Of a stretch of DNA of 64,000 bases, positions 51,200 to 61,481 are shown in pieces (the stretch's first letter is position 1; the number at the start of each line of letters is the position of its first letter). The DNA is from Synechococcus sp. (GTDB lineage Bacteria; Cyanobacteriota; Cyanobacteriia; PCC-6307; Cyanobiaceae): assembly GCA_047285535.1 (NCBI GenBank), contig JBJBDC010000001.1, positions 768,136 through 832,135 of the forward strand, read 5' to 3'. The notes beneath the pieces are model-generated. The model did not search any database. It worked only from the letters and a program-made list of their open reading frames with translations, and was not told where the DNA came from. The translations under genes and the position numbers were made by a program.

Positions 51200-51457
51200 A
51201 CGTCGTGCCGCTCGCTTGCTTTGCTCATAAAGCAAACTTGAACCGATAGTTAAACGCCTCAAATTTAAAAAGATTGCTGATTGATGTAATGCCATCAATC
51301 TTTCGTGAACTCCCAGAAGATCTTTGCTCAATCTTTCGCGGAGTTTTGGATTAATGGAATTGAGGATTCGTTCAAATGCTTTACCTTGATAATTGGAAAG
51401 ATGTTCAATTTCCTTGCTCAAGGCCAAAACTAAGCAATCGCTTGAATGTTGGTTCAT
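51170..51457 (-). CDS. Hypothetical protein downstream of the Crp-type regulator
   Basis: 95-aa ORF starting 5 bp after the regulator stop. Confidence 0.6.
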   Translation of the reverse strand: MNQHSSDCLVLALSKEIEHLSNYQGKAFERILNSINPKLRERLSKDLLGVHERLMALHQSAIFLNLRRLTIGSSLLYEQSKRAARRSASLSLTCS

Positions 51458-51462
51458 GACAT

Positions 51463-52056
51463 CTAAAAGCCTAATGGACTTGATTCAATCAATCTTGGAG
51501 AGAGTTTCATTGATGCTTCACCTGAACTCGTCACGAGCAGATCGCCGTTACGAAGCTTGGAAATTAGGCGTGTAGACGTGACCCTTGTAGAGCCAATGAG
51601 TTCTCCAATACGATCATGAGTGAGGCGGAATGGCAAATTGCACCATTCGCCATATCGTTTGCCCAACCTGTTAACGAGAAGGCTGAGCAAAGCATGCAGA
51701 CGCTGTTCCGCCTGACCCAAATGCCGAATTCTTAAAAGTTGCAAGGTCCATTCATTCACAGAGTCATACCCGTTGGGAGATGGCTCCAAGGATTTGGTTT
51801 CGATCCTCAAAGGGGTCATGGCCTCAACGCAGATGCCATCGCTGCAAAGGCAATCAGTTCTTAGCTGATCTCCGGTTTGCAAAAAAGCAAGTGTCATACC
51901 TTCTGTTTCCTCACATGGGCAATAAACCCTGGCAATTCCTTCGAGCACATTCAATTTCATGCACTCGCTACGTCCGTGTGTATCAACAAGAACAGTCTGG
52001 CCGGTTGGGATCTGAATCGATGACGTCGGGTCATCTGGCAGGAAGCGGAAGCTCAC
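51463..52056 (-). CDS. Crp/Fnr-family transcriptional regulator
   Basis: C-terminal HTH LTHDRIGELIGSTRVTSTRLI; Cys-containing sensor region (CPCEETEG). Confidence 0.92.
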   Translation of the reverse strand: MSFRFLPDDPTSSIQIPTGQTVLVDTHGRSECMKLNVLEGIARVYCPCEETEGMTLAFLQTGDQLRTDCLCSDGICVEAMTPLRIETKSLEPSPNGYDSVNEWTLQLLRIRHLGQAEQRLHALLSLLVNRLGKRYGEWCNLPFRLTHDRIGELIGSTRVTSTRLISKLRNGDLLVTSSGEASMKLSPRLIESSPLGF

Positions 52057-52070
52057 GGAAAGTCTTAATC

Positions 52071-52133
52071 GCTAATGAGAATTGATAGCAACATACACAG
52101 AACCAGGGCTTTATGCAATCGATTCTCAATAGC
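52071..52133. promoter_or_regulatory. Two Fur-box-like sites in inverted orientation
   Basis: GCTAATGAGAATTGATAGCAA (52071-52091) vs reverse complement of 52113-52133, GCTATTGAGAATCGATTGCAT. Confidence 0.65.
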
Positions 52134-52521
52134 GTTATCTTGTTGATTCTGGTAAGTGCTGATTCGCATGCACTTGAAAGCAGCCAAATCGGAACCCACT
52201 GCTCAAGCAAAGGCAGTCAGAGACTGCTTTGAGCCATGAATTCGAAAACATTTGAGTTTGTTCTGTGTTATCGACTCAAAAGATATGCAGGCTTGAACAG
52301 TCATAGTTTCAACATCCAGACAATGGATGAAAAGCCTGAACAAACGAGAAGGAACAAAGAGAGCAGATCAATCCGTATCAAATGATATGCGTCTGCATAC
52401 CAATTGACAGGCAAGTCTGTATATGAATCCACAGGTGTTGTCTTCTTTTGAGCGGAGAAGATTTTGCCTGGAGCTTAAGATTCGCTCGACGCATTTTGCG
52501 TCTTCTTGTGTGAGGTTTAAT

Positions 52522-54135
52522 TTGAAACTATTTCGCAAACTGCTGGTGGCCCCAGCGGCTCTGGGTCTTCTGGCCCCTATGGCTGCAAACGCCACTGAGC
52601 TGAACATCAACGGTGTGTCTGACTACACCGCCACTGGTGAGCAAGTCACCAGCATCACTCAGTTTTCTGATGTGTACCCCACGGATTGGGCCTATCAGGC
52701 ACTGAGCAACCTGATCGAGCGCTACGGCTGCGTCGCTGGATACCCCAACGGCACCTACCGCGGCAACAGGGCGATGACCCGCTTTGAAGCGGCGGCTCTG
52801 TTGAACGCCTGTCTCGATCGCGTCACCGAAGTGACCGACGAACTCAAGCGCTTGATGAAAGAGTTCGAGAAGGAACTCGCCATCCTCAAGGGCCGTGTGG
52901 ACGGACTGGAAGCCCGTGTTGGTGAACTGGAAGCCACTCAGTTCTCCACCACCACCAAGCTCACCGGTAAGGCTGAGTTCACAATTGGTGCCACCTCCTA
53001 CGGTGGTGACAAAACAAACAAATTGTTTGACCCTAAAACTGGGGAGTACTTAGGTGATGACGGCACAGTTTTCTCCTATCGCACCACCCTCAATCTAAAC
53101 ACCAGTTTTACGGGTAAGGATTTACTCTATACGCGCTTAAGAACGGGTAACTTCAACGACAACACATTCTCAGGCAAAGGTTACACCAAAAGCCAGAGTC
53201 AAATTGAAGCTTCGAAGAGTAGTGCTAATAGTCTGAAAGTCGACAAGCTTTGGTATCAATTCCCTCTCGGAAGTGACTTCCAGGTATTTGTCGGTCCCCT
53301 CATCGAAAACTATTACATGCTGGCTGCCACTCCAGGCGTGTATAAGCATGTGCTTAAACAGTTCAAGCTCGGTGGCTATTACGGAGCCTACGGCGCCAGT
53401 ACATCACCAGGTGCTGGTATCAACTGGATCAGCAATAGAAATTCTAATTTCAGTGATCCCAAGTTCAAAGTCAGCGTCAACTATGTGGCCAAGAACGGCA
53501 TGAAGAGTGATGCCCGTAATGGTGGTATTGGTGCAGACGGTTCAAAAGGTAAGTTCCTGAGCCAAATCGCCTACGGAACTCCGGCATGGCAAGTGTCAGC
53601 AGCTTATGCCTATTCTCAGAAGGGCATGACTGTAGGTGGTGGTGGTACTCCACTTGGCAAAGCCACCGGTGACTTTGCTGATGCCAATCAGTTCAATCTG
53701 AATGCGTACTATCAGCCCCTGGATTCAGGATGGATCCCAAGCATCAGCGTTGGCTGGAGTCTCACAAGTTTCAATCTGGAAAAAGGTGCTGCCAATGGCA
53801 CTCGTAATCAAGCCCAAGGTTGGCTTGTGGGCCTGAACTGGAAAGATGCCTTCATGCGTGGCAATCGTCTAGGATTTGCTGCTGGTCAACCACAGTTTGT
53901 CACTGGAGTTAAGGGTCAGGGCAAAAACGGCCAGAAGTATGCAGATGATGGCAACTATGCTTTCGAACTGTATTACGACTTCCAAGTCACCGATAACATT
54001 ACATTGACCCCAGCCCTCTTTTACTTGAGTCGTCCCTTCGGCGAAAGAACTGGAGATAGCGGAAAGTATGGTGGTAAGGGTGCTGACACCTTCAACACCT
54101 TCGGTGGTCTATTGCTGACGACATTTAAGTTCTAA
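52522..54135 (+). CDS. Outer-membrane porin with SLH domain (Som/iron-uptake porin family)
   Basis: TTG start MKLFRKLLVAPAALG; FSDVYPTDWAYQAL; QFSTTTKL; terminal FKF. Confidence 0.95.
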   Translation: MKLFRKLLVAPAALGLLAPMAANATELNINGVSDYTATGEQVTSITQFSDVYPTDWAYQALSNLIERYGCVAGYPNGTYRGNRAMTRFEAAALLNACLDRVTEVTDELKRLMKEFEKELAILKGRVDGLEARVGELEATQFSTTTKLTGKAEFTIGATSYGGDKTNKLFDPKTGEYLGDDGTVFSYRTTLNLNTSFTGKDLLYTRLRTGNFNDNTFSGKGYTKSQSQIEASKSSANSLKVDKLWYQFPLGSDFQVFVGPLIENYYMLAATPGVYKHVLKQFKLGGYYGAYGASTSPGAGINWISNRNSNFSDPKFKVSVNYVAKNGMKSDARNGGIGADGSKGKFLSQIAYGTPAWQVSAAYAYSQKGMTVGGGGTPLGKATGDFADANQFNLNAYYQPLDSGWIPSISVGWSLTSFNLEKGAANGTRNQAQGWLVGLNWKDAFMRGNRLGFAAGQPQFVTGVKGQGKNGQKYADDGNYAFELYYDFQVTDNITLTPALFYLSRPFGERTGDSGKYGGKGADTFNTFGGLLLTTFKF

Positions 54136-54164
54136 ACACTTAATCGCCACTTGATTGAATCGAA

Positions 54165-54193
54165 GGAGGGTAACACTACCCTCCATTTTTTTT
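54165..54193 (+). terminator. Intrinsic terminator of the porin
   Basis: GGAGGGTA-acac-TACCCTCC followed by a T run. Confidence 0.85.
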
Positions 54194-54198
54194 GCCAA

Positions 54199-54223
54199 GG
54201 AAAAGGGGGTCATCAGACCCCCT
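54199..54223 (-). terminator. Probable terminator of the small convergent gene
   Basis: AGGGGGTC-atca-GACCCCCT preceded by an A run. Confidence 0.65.
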
Positions 54224-54250
54224 CCGTTGATTCGTATAAGGCAATTTGAA

Positions 54251-54490
54251 TTACCAACAATTTTCTCCTTCACCAATAGGAATACAAATATTCTTCTCTT
54301 TAGCTTTTTCAGCTGCTGCTTTTGCTTCTTTGTCTTTCTTTGCCTCTTCATCAAGGTCTTGGTCTGTCGTCCATTCCTGCAGGCCGCCAGATGTGTCTTG
54401 ATCAGCCAGGGCGGTATCGACAAGAGCAATTTGCCCAGTCAATGCTGCAGAACTAGCAAGGAAAAGAGAAAGAGCCGTAGACTTTTTCAT
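54251..54490 (-). CDS. Small secreted hypothetical protein
   Basis: Signal peptide ending ALA-D; acidic stretch; C-terminal CIPIGEGENCW. Confidence 0.8.
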   Translation of the reverse strand: MKKSTALSLFLASSAALTGQIALVDTALADQDTSGGLQEWTTDQDLDEEAKKDKEAKAAAEKAKEKNICIPIGEGENCW

Positions 54491-54578
54491 GACGTGTAAT
54501 GATATGGCTTATTATAAATAATTCAATGCTTACGCGAGAAACTTTTGATACGCACCCAGCGACCTATTTGATACATAC

Positions 54579-55241
54579 TCAGCTGCCTAAGCGCCTAAGG
54601 AAATTTGTATAAGCCAGAAAAATCATATCCAGTTCCTCACTGCGCCCTTGCTTTGCCAGAATCCCACGTGCACCACTCTCTAGCTGAAACAAGCAAGTCC
54701 GGTCATGTTCATTTTGCACATAACTCTCAATCCACCCAACACAAACGATTCGTGATCCTGATTTAACCGGACATACCCGATGCAGCGCTGTACTAGGATA
54801 AATAATAATTTCTCCCTGTTTAAGTTTAAAACTATAAGTTTCAGAGATGCTATCGATCTCCAGTTCACCACCTATATAGTTTTGATCATCAGTTAAGGAC
54901 AGAGTAAAAGACAAGTCACTCCTACCACTGCTCATATAAGCATTGTCAACATGGCTTTCATATCCACCTCCTTTATCTGTTTTACTGATTAAGAATCGAT
55001 GCAGTTTTCTAGGGAGACAATAGCCTTTAATGGCAGGCATAGTCCACATCGATTGCTCTACCAGCGCATGCAGATCCTCTCGTAACTGACAATCCATTTT
55101 CATTTGTAAATTGCGTTTCCCAGCCTTTGCATGGCTTCCCGCTGTATGAGCACCATCCTCCCATTGCCCTTCATGGCTAATTCTTAGAAGTAACTTTTCA
55201 CAGGTTTCAGAGTCAAGCAATTGCAAGTGCAAGTGGTTCAT
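54579..55241 (-). CDS. PKHD-type Fe(II)/2OG dioxygenase (PiuC/YbiX-like)
   Basis: WEDG..TAG..A..KRNLQ, HVDNA, RSDLSFTL, GGEL, YPST.LHRV, R...GWIES. Confidence 0.92.
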   Translation of the reverse strand: MNHLHLQLLDSETCEKLLLRISHEGQWEDGAHTAGSHAKAGKRNLQMKMDCQLREDLHALVEQSMWTMPAIKGYCLPRKLHRFLISKTDKGGGYESHVDNAYMSSGRSDLSFTLSLTDDQNYIGGELEIDSISETYSFKLKQGEIIIYPSTALHRVCPVKSGSRIVCVGWIESYVQNEHDRTCLFQLESGARGILAKQGRSEELDMIFLAYTNFLRRLGS

Positions 55242-55342
55242 AATCTCTTCCTATTTCACTTGGTTAGTCAAGGCTGTCATGTGACAAATGATCCGTCGCC
55301 GGTTGCGTTTGCTTCTATAGTAAAAGAGATTGCTTCATCAAG

Positions 55343-56347
55343 ATGACACGCCCTGTAGTTCTCACATATCTTCTTCCACTTGTTTTTTTTACACCAGCAT
55401 TTGCTGCCGAAGAAGTGCGTGTTTATTCAGGTCGTCATTACAATACTGATCGCCAAGTCTACAAGAAATTTTCAGAACAAACCGGCATCAAAGTTCGCTT
55501 AATTGAAGCATCAGGGATTTCCTTGGTTCAACGTTTAAAAAGTGAGGGAGCGAATACAAAAGCAGATGTCATCGTATTGGTCGATGCAGCACGCATTAAT
55601 AATGCGGCAAATGCAGGGCTCTTTGGCCAAATCAATTCATCTCAATTAACCAAAGATGTTCCTTCTCGCTATAGGGATCCAAAGCAAAGATGGTTTGGAT
55701 TAACGCGTCGTGTGCGAGCAATTATTGTCAATCCCTCGCTCGTGTCGCCTTCATCCGTCAACTCCTATTCAAAATTAGCAAGTCCTGCCTTAAAGGGTAA
55801 ACTTTGCCTAAGAAAGCGAAAAAATGTCTACAACCAATCACTAGTCGCTGATCAATTAGCTTTAAACGGAACCTCTAAAGTCAAATCATGGTTAAAAGGA
55901 GTGACCAATAATGTAACTCAGCCTTATTTCAGTGGTGATATTGCCTTGATTCGTGCTGTAGCTCAAGGGAAGTGTGGCGTTGGAGTGGTAAATCATTACT
56001 ATTTAGCACGCATGAGAGCCGGCGTGAATGGAAAGAAAGATCAGCAATTTGCAAATAAGGTCAAAATCGTAATGCCTAAACCAGCTCACGTAAATATTAG
56101 TGCTGCGGCTGTTTCACGCTATTCTAAAAACAAAAAAAATGCTGTCAAATTAATAGAATTTCTTGCGTCTCCTAAAGGAAGTGCAGGTCTTGCAAGTCCG
56201 ACTTACGAATTTCCTTTACAAGGAGTGGGTGGTTCGACCTATCTTAAAGGCATGACAAAATTCACGCCTGATCGCGTGACAGTATCAGATTTGAGCCGCT
56301 ACAACAAAGAGGCCATCCAACTCATGACCGCGGCTGGCTGGAAATAA
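55343..56347 (+). CDS. idiA: Fe(III) ABC transporter substrate-binding protein (IdiA/FutA family)
   Basis: VYSGRHYNTD, WFGLTRRVR, YNQSL, NHYY, HVNIS. Confidence 0.92.
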   Translation: MTRPVVLTYLLPLVFFTPAFAAEEVRVYSGRHYNTDRQVYKKFSEQTGIKVRLIEASGISLVQRLKSEGANTKADVIVLVDAARINNAANAGLFGQINSSQLTKDVPSRYRDPKQRWFGLTRRVRAIIVNPSLVSPSSVNSYSKLASPALKGKLCLRKRKNVYNQSLVADQLALNGTSKVKSWLKGVTNNVTQPYFSGDIALIRAVAQGKCGVGVVNHYYLARMRAGVNGKKDQQFANKVKIVMPKPAHVNISAAAVSRYSKNKKNAVKLIEFLASPKGSAGLASPTYEFPLQGVGGSTYLKGMTKFTPDRVTVSDLSRYNKEAIQLMTAAGWK

Positions 56348-57881
56348 GTGTATCCAATATGTATCCAAACAACACTGGATCCGGATCTGAATGATCGAGA
56401 TCGGATAGGCCAAGTTCCTTCATCCTAGTCGATACTTTCTGTTCTAATTCCGCTGGCCTACGAAGTGGTTCACCCCATTCGTGATTCTTTTCAGGTCCTA
56501 TTTTGGTTGTGGCATCAATGGCCATTCTGCCGCCAAGGCCAAGTTGCTCACTGGCGAAATCAAGGGTATCAAAAGGCGTATTTTCCAACACGAATAGATC
56601 CCTTTGTGGATCTACTTGTGCTGCGATCGCCCAAACGACCTGACGAGGATCACGCACATTAATATGTGAATCCACCACGACTACAAACTTGGTGTAAGTG
56701 AATTGAGGCAATGCGCTCCAGAAAGCCATAGCAGCTCTCTTGGCTTGCCCCGGATAAGCTTTATCAATCGATATTACTGCTAATTTATAACTCAAGGCTT
56801 CCATGGGAAGGAAAAAATCTTTAATTTCTGGAATCTGTTGACGAAGAATTGGCGTATAAATTCGGTTCAGAGCAATTGCCAACATTGCTTCTTCTTTTGG
56901 TGGCCGACCACTGAACGTGGTGAGGAAAATGGGTGACCGCCTCTGGGTCATGCAGTGGAAACGAACCAATGGGGACTCTTCTATTCCTCCGTAAAAACCC
57001 ATGTGATCGCCAAAAGGGCCATCTAAGCTCACCTCACCGGGCGTAATGGTTCCTTCCAAGACAACCTCACTGCTGCTTGGTACTTGCAAATCAATGGTTT
57101 TACAGGGCGTTAGGCGGACTCCTTCTCCCCCATAAATTCCTGCAAACAGCCATTCGCTCAGTTGTACAGGAATGGGTGTGGCTGCCGCCATGACCAACAA
57201 CGGATGGACGCCAATCGCCACAGCAACGTCTAGTTTTTGGCCCAAGGCCGCTGCTTTACGTAGGTGACGTGCTCCGCCGCGCACACTCAACCAATGCACT
57301 GTCATCGTGTTGACGGATTGGCGTTGAAGCCGGTAGACCCCCACATTCGGGACACCGGTTTCAGGGTCTTTTGTAATCACAAGTCCCAGGGTGATCACAC
57401 CACCTGCATCACCGGGCCAAGGTCTGATCAAGGGGATGTGATCAAGATTGACTTCCTCTCCAACAAAAACCTGCTGACGGCATGGAGGCATTAAATCCCG
57501 ATCAGGACGGGCCTTCACGAGGTCCCAAAACACCCTGGCGAACTGTTTGGATTCCTTGAAGCCCTTTGGAGGCCTGGGTTGCTGAAGGATGGCCAGTCGT
57601 GATCCAAGCTCCTCGAGCTGTTCAGCCCGTTCCAGACCCATGCTCCAAACAACACGCTCGACGGTTCCGAGCGTGTTAACGGCTACAGGCATGGTTGAGC
57701 CGATCACATTCTCAAAGAGAAGCGCTGGCCCCCCAGCGGCAAGCACGCGATCAGCAATCGCCGCTAGCTCCAGATCTGGATCAACCGGTGCCTGAATTCG
57801 ACGAAGCTGACCGCGCTCGTCGAGCAACTTGATGAAGGCACGCAAATCTCTCGTTCCAAGGCCGGATCCGAACAAAGCCAT
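56322..57881 (-). CDS. ubiD: UbiD-family decarboxylase
   Basis: GPALLFEN, NVGVYRLQ, DGPFGDHMGFY, DTLDFAS..GLGGRMAIDAT. Confidence 0.93.
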   Translation of the reverse strand: MALFGSGLGTRDLRAFIKLLDERGQLRRIQAPVDPDLELAAIADRVLAAGGPALLFENVIGSTMPVAVNTLGTVERVVWSMGLERAEQLEELGSRLAILQQPRPPKGFKESKQFARVFWDLVKARPDRDLMPPCRQQVFVGEEVNLDHIPLIRPWPGDAGGVITLGLVITKDPETGVPNVGVYRLQRQSVNTMTVHWLSVRGGARHLRKAAALGQKLDVAVAIGVHPLLVMAAATPIPVQLSEWLFAGIYGGEGVRLTPCKTIDLQVPSSSEVVLEGTITPGEVSLDGPFGDHMGFYGGIEESPLVRFHCMTQRRSPIFLTTFSGRPPKEEAMLAIALNRIYTPILRQQIPEIKDFFLPMEALSYKLAVISIDKAYPGQAKRAAMAFWSALPQFTYTKFVVVVDSHINVRDPRQVVWAIAAQVDPQRDLFVLENTPFDTLDFASEQLGLGGRMAIDATTKIGPEKNHEWGEPLRRPAELEQKVSTRMKELGLSDLDHSDPDPVLFGYILDTLISSQPRS

Positions 57882-57945
57882 GGAGATGACGGGTAAGCGG
57901 GTAGCGATGTGGTTACTGTGACGCACGCTGATCGAGATCGTGGCC

Positions 57946-58686
57946 ATGCAGGTGTCCTATTTCCACGTGGCTGCTGAGGTGCCAGACACCATCGAGGGTC
58001 CAGAGGCTCCAGACGCTGCTGTAGTGATTGATGTGCTTCGTGCCACGACCACCATCGCCTGGGCTTTACACAACGGAGCAGAGGCGGTGCAAACGTTTGC
58101 TGATCTCGACGAACTACAGGTTTGCGCACAGTCCTGGCCAGACGCAAAACGCTTATTGGTGGGCGAACGCGGTGGCCGCAAGCTTGAAGGCTTCGATCTT
58201 GGTAACTCACCTGTTTCTGTTGTCCCAGAAACCGTTCAAGGGAAAAGACTGTTCATGAGCACCACAAACGGCACTCGTTCCTTACAAAGGGTTCGTGATG
58301 TGTCCTGTGTGCTGACAATGGCCCTACCTAATCGACAGGCAGTGGGTCAACAACTGATCCACGATCAACCCGATCGAGTCTGGATGGTGGGAAGCGGTTG
58401 GGAGGGCACCTATTCCTTGGAAGATTCCTTGGCAGCTGGGGCACTGGCCGAATCTCTCGTCGCCTCGGGAGCTTCTGTAGCCAACGATGAAATGCAGGCG
58501 GCACTCGCATTATGGGCTCACTGGAAAAACAGTCCTGAAGCCTGTCTGCGAGTTGCTTCTCACGGAAAGCGATTGATTCGTTTGGGGAATCATGACGCCG
58601 ATTTTCAATGCTGTGCTGGGCTGGACCAACTCGCGGTGGTTCCCATGCAAGCGGAACCAGGCGTTTTACGTGCCACATCGATCTAG
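57946..58686 (+). CDS. comB: 2-phosphosulfolactate phosphatase family protein
   Basis: [25 protein letters not shown]. Confidence 0.92.
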   Translation: MQVSYFHVAAEVPDTIEGPEAPDAAVVIDVLRATTTIAWALHNGAEAVQTFADLDELQVCAQSWPDAKRLLVGERGGRKLEGFDLGNSPVSVVPETVQGKRLFMSTTNGTRSLQRVRDVSCVLTMALPNRQAVGQQLIHDQPDRVWMVGSGWEGTYSLEDSLAAGALAESLVASGASVANDEMQAALALWAHWKNSPEACLRVASHGKRLIRLGNHDADFQCCAGLDQLAVVPMQAEPGVLRATSI

Positions 58687-58734
58687 CCGTCGGCCTGTAA
58701 GGCCAATACCATTTGCCAACTGAATGAAACGTAC

Positions 58735-59556
58735 GTGAGTGACTTTTTGGCTGCGGCCCTGCAACTCACCAGCACAACGGACCCTGAAAGCAATTTTGCA
58801 GCTGCTGAAGAACAAATCGATTTGGCGGCTCGACGAGGAGCTGAGCTCATTGCTTTGCCGGAGAACTTCGCCTTTATGGGGGACGACGCTCAGCGTTTCC
58901 AGATCGCTCCAGGATTGTCCGAACAGTCTTCGCGTTTTCTGATCACGATGGCTCGCCGCTACCAGGTGGTGATCCTGGGTGGAGGTTTTCCCGTGCCAGT
59001 GGGTGATGGTCAACATCATTTTCAACGGTCACAGCTGGTAGGGCGAGATGGTCAAATTTTGGCGAGTTACGACAAAATCCATCTCTTCGATGTGGACCTC
59101 CCCGACGGCAGCTCGTATCGGGAGTCTGCCAGCTTCAGTCCTGGTAGCAGCTCGCCTCCTGTTGTTGATGTGCCTGGACTGTGTCGCGTAGGGCTGTCCA
59201 TTTGCTACGACGTGCGCTTCCCTGAGCTGTATCGCCATCTCGTTGGAGCCGGAGCTGAATTGTTAATGATTCCCGCCGCCTTCACGGCCTTTACAGGTAA
59301 AGACCATTGGCAAGTTCTGCTCCAATCAAGAGCCATCGAAAACACGGCTTATGTGTTGGCTCCTGCCCAGACAGGTGTGCATTACCAACGAAGACAAAGC
59401 CATGGTCATTCCATGATTGTTGACCCTTGGGGAACTGTGTTGTCAGATGCAGGGGTTGCTCCAGGAGCGGCAGTGGCCCCGATTGACCCGAGCCATCTTC
59501 AACGTATTCGTGCGCAAATGCCGAGCCTGCAGCACCGCAGACCTGCATTGTTCTGA
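58735..59556 (+). CDS. Carbon-nitrogen hydrolase (Nit1/deaminated glutathione amidase-like)
   Basis: LPENF, YDKIHLFDV, ICYDVRFPELY. Confidence 0.92.
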   Translation: MSDFLAAALQLTSTTDPESNFAAAEEQIDLAARRGAELIALPENFAFMGDDAQRFQIAPGLSEQSSRFLITMARRYQVVILGGGFPVPVGDGQHHFQRSQLVGRDGQILASYDKIHLFDVDLPDGSSYRESASFSPGSSSPPVVDVPGLCRVGLSICYDVRFPELYRHLVGAGAELLMIPAAFTAFTGKDHWQVLLQSRAIENTAYVLAPAQTGVHYQRRQSHGHSMIVDPWGTVLSDAGVAPGAAVAPIDPSHLQRIRAQMPSLQHRRPALF

Positions 59557-59561
59557 AGGTG

Positions 59562-60656
59562 ATGGCTTTGCTGCCCTTCCGCTACAGCGGACTCTTCCTT
59601 GCGGCTGTTCTACAGGCTTCAACCCTGATGATCAGCTTGCCTGCAAAGGCTGCTAGCGCGCTTGCGGCGTGGAAACTCAATGCCTCTGGTGAGCTTCTGC
59701 TTCGAACCTCTGCAGGTGCAAGACTGCAAGCCTTCTTCGACGCAGGGGATCGGCAGCGAGGTCCGCGGGTGTGGATCGATTTTCCCGGAGAGCTCAGTCG
59801 CCCCAGAAGCCTTCCAGGTTCTGGTCCCGTGCGAGAAATCCGTCTGGGAAAGCCCAACAGAGGTTCCACCCGTTTGGTGGTGGAGTTTCAGCCAGGGGTC
59901 ACTCTGGATCCTGGTCAATTGAAATTGGTCGGCACCGCGGCAAATCGCTGGAAGCTCAGTTTTAAGGGGCTTCCCACCTCTGGATTGCGAGCGATCGGTG
60001 AAGGCAATCTCATCCGCTCTTCCCCTGGTTCCTGGGCAGGTGGCGTGCGAATCAAACCCAGCCGCACACCAGTTAATGCATCAGGATTACCCAATGTCAC
60101 CAGAGGAAAATATCGCGTTGTCATCGATCCAGGCCATGGAGGTCCAGACCCTGGAGCTGTAGGGATCCGAGGAATCCGTGAGAGTGAAATTGTTCTTGAT
60201 GTCTCGCTGCAGGTGGCTCGGTTGCTTCAAGCCAAGGGCGTTCAGGTCACCATGACACGAACGGCTGAAGTTGATGTGGATCTGCCGCCCAGGGTTGCGA
60301 TTGCCAATCGATCTGGTGCCACTGCCTTTGTCAGCATTCACGCCAACGCGATCAGCATGTCCAGACCCGATGTGAATGGCATTGAGACCTTTTTCTATTC
60401 CGATCGTCGTTCAGCACGATTGGCAGCTCATCTCCAGCAGCAAATGCTTAATGTGTCGCCCGGCAGTCCGAATCGTGGAGTTAAACGTGGTCGTTTCTTT
60501 GTGATCAGACGCACCACAATGCCAGCGGCGCTGGTGGAGATGGGTTTTGTGACAGGGAACATCGATTCATCGCGTCTGGCAACCTCATCTCATCGGAGGC
60601 GTCTCGCTCTGGCGATTGCCACCGGCATTCTCAATTATCTACAAGGTGTGCGTTGA
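59562..60656 (+). CDS. amiC: N-acetylmuramoyl-L-alanine amidase
   Basis: DPGHGGPDPG, SIHANA, LVEMGF; AMIN-like N-terminus. Confidence 0.92.
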   Translation: MALLPFRYSGLFLAAVLQASTLMISLPAKAASALAAWKLNASGELLLRTSAGARLQAFFDAGDRQRGPRVWIDFPGELSRPRSLPGSGPVREIRLGKPNRGSTRLVVEFQPGVTLDPGQLKLVGTAANRWKLSFKGLPTSGLRAIGEGNLIRSSPGSWAGGVRIKPSRTPVNASGLPNVTRGKYRVVIDPGHGGPDPGAVGIRGIRESEIVLDVSLQVARLLQAKGVQVTMTRTAEVDVDLPPRVAIANRSGATAFVSIHANAISMSRPDVNGIETFFYSDRRSARLAAHLQQQMLNVSPGSPNRGVKRGRFFVIRRTTMPAALVEMGFVTGNIDSSRLATSSHRRRLALAIATGILNYLQGVR

Positions 60657-61459
60657 CCATTCGTCTCGGTTTGTTCGACAGCGGCATTGGCGGCCTGACG
60701 GTGCTGCGCAGAGTGCTCGAGCGTCATGGTGTGGTCCCAGTCACTTATTTGGGCGACACCGCTCGCGTGCCTTACGGGAGTCGTTCTCCTTCTGAGATTC
60801 GCTCGATTGCGGCTGAAGTTGTGGCTTGGTTGCGAACCCAGCGTGTCTCCACCGTTGTGATGGCGTGCAATACAACCAATGCTCTTGCAAGGGACGTAAC
60901 AGAAGGTCAGGCAGGCGTTCCTGTCGTTGGGCTGATCGGTGCTGCCGCTGCCATGGTCAAGGAATCAAGAGTGGGCGTTCTCGCGACTCCTGCAACGGTG
61001 GCATCCGGCGCCTATCGCGAAAGCATCGAAGCTTTACGCCCAGGAACGCTTGTGGTTCAGCAGGCCTGTCCAGACTTTGTTCCCCTGATCGAAGCAGGCG
61101 ATCTCCACTCGAATGAGCTTCGTCAAGCTGCTATTGGCTATTTGCAGCCGTTACTTGAAGCATCGGTGGATTCCGTGGTGCTCGGCTGCACGCATTACCC
61201 GCTCCTGGTGCCGCTCCTTGCCAACTTGTTGCCGACTCACATGCGTCTGATTGATCCTGCTGTTGCGGTCGCGAGTCAACTGGATGCCTTTCTCGGCCAA
61301 CCCTTGGCAGGAGGCCTGAATCAGCCGGTGTCACTGGAAGCGACCCGTCTTTGCGTGACGGAAGACCCCGATGGATTTGCGGAGCGGGCCACCGCTTGGC
61401 TCGGCCAGAGACCCTGCGTTGACCTTGTGGATCTGCAGCAACAGGTCTGCGTTTCCTAG
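60653..61459 (+). CDS. murI: Glutamate racemase
   Basis: FDSGIGGLTV, ACNT, LGCTHYP. Confidence 0.97.
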   Translation: MTIRLGLFDSGIGGLTVLRRVLERHGVVPVTYLGDTARVPYGSRSPSEIRSIAAEVVAWLRTQRVSTVVMACNTTNALARDVTEGQAGVPVVGLIGAAAAMVKESRVGVLATPATVASGAYRESIEALRPGTLVVQQACPDFVPLIEAGDLHSNELRQAAIGYLQPLLEASVDSVVLGCTHYPLLVPLLANLLPTHMRLIDPAVAVASQLDAFLGQPLAGGLNQPVSLEATRLCVTEDPDGFAERATAWLGQRPCVDLVDLQQQVCVS

Positions 61460-61481
61460 GATCTGGTTACCGAGAGGATTC

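Noticed and set aside
52423..52521. Longer porin N-terminus given by the ORF track
   Set aside because: The signal peptide and RBS fit a TTG start at 52522.
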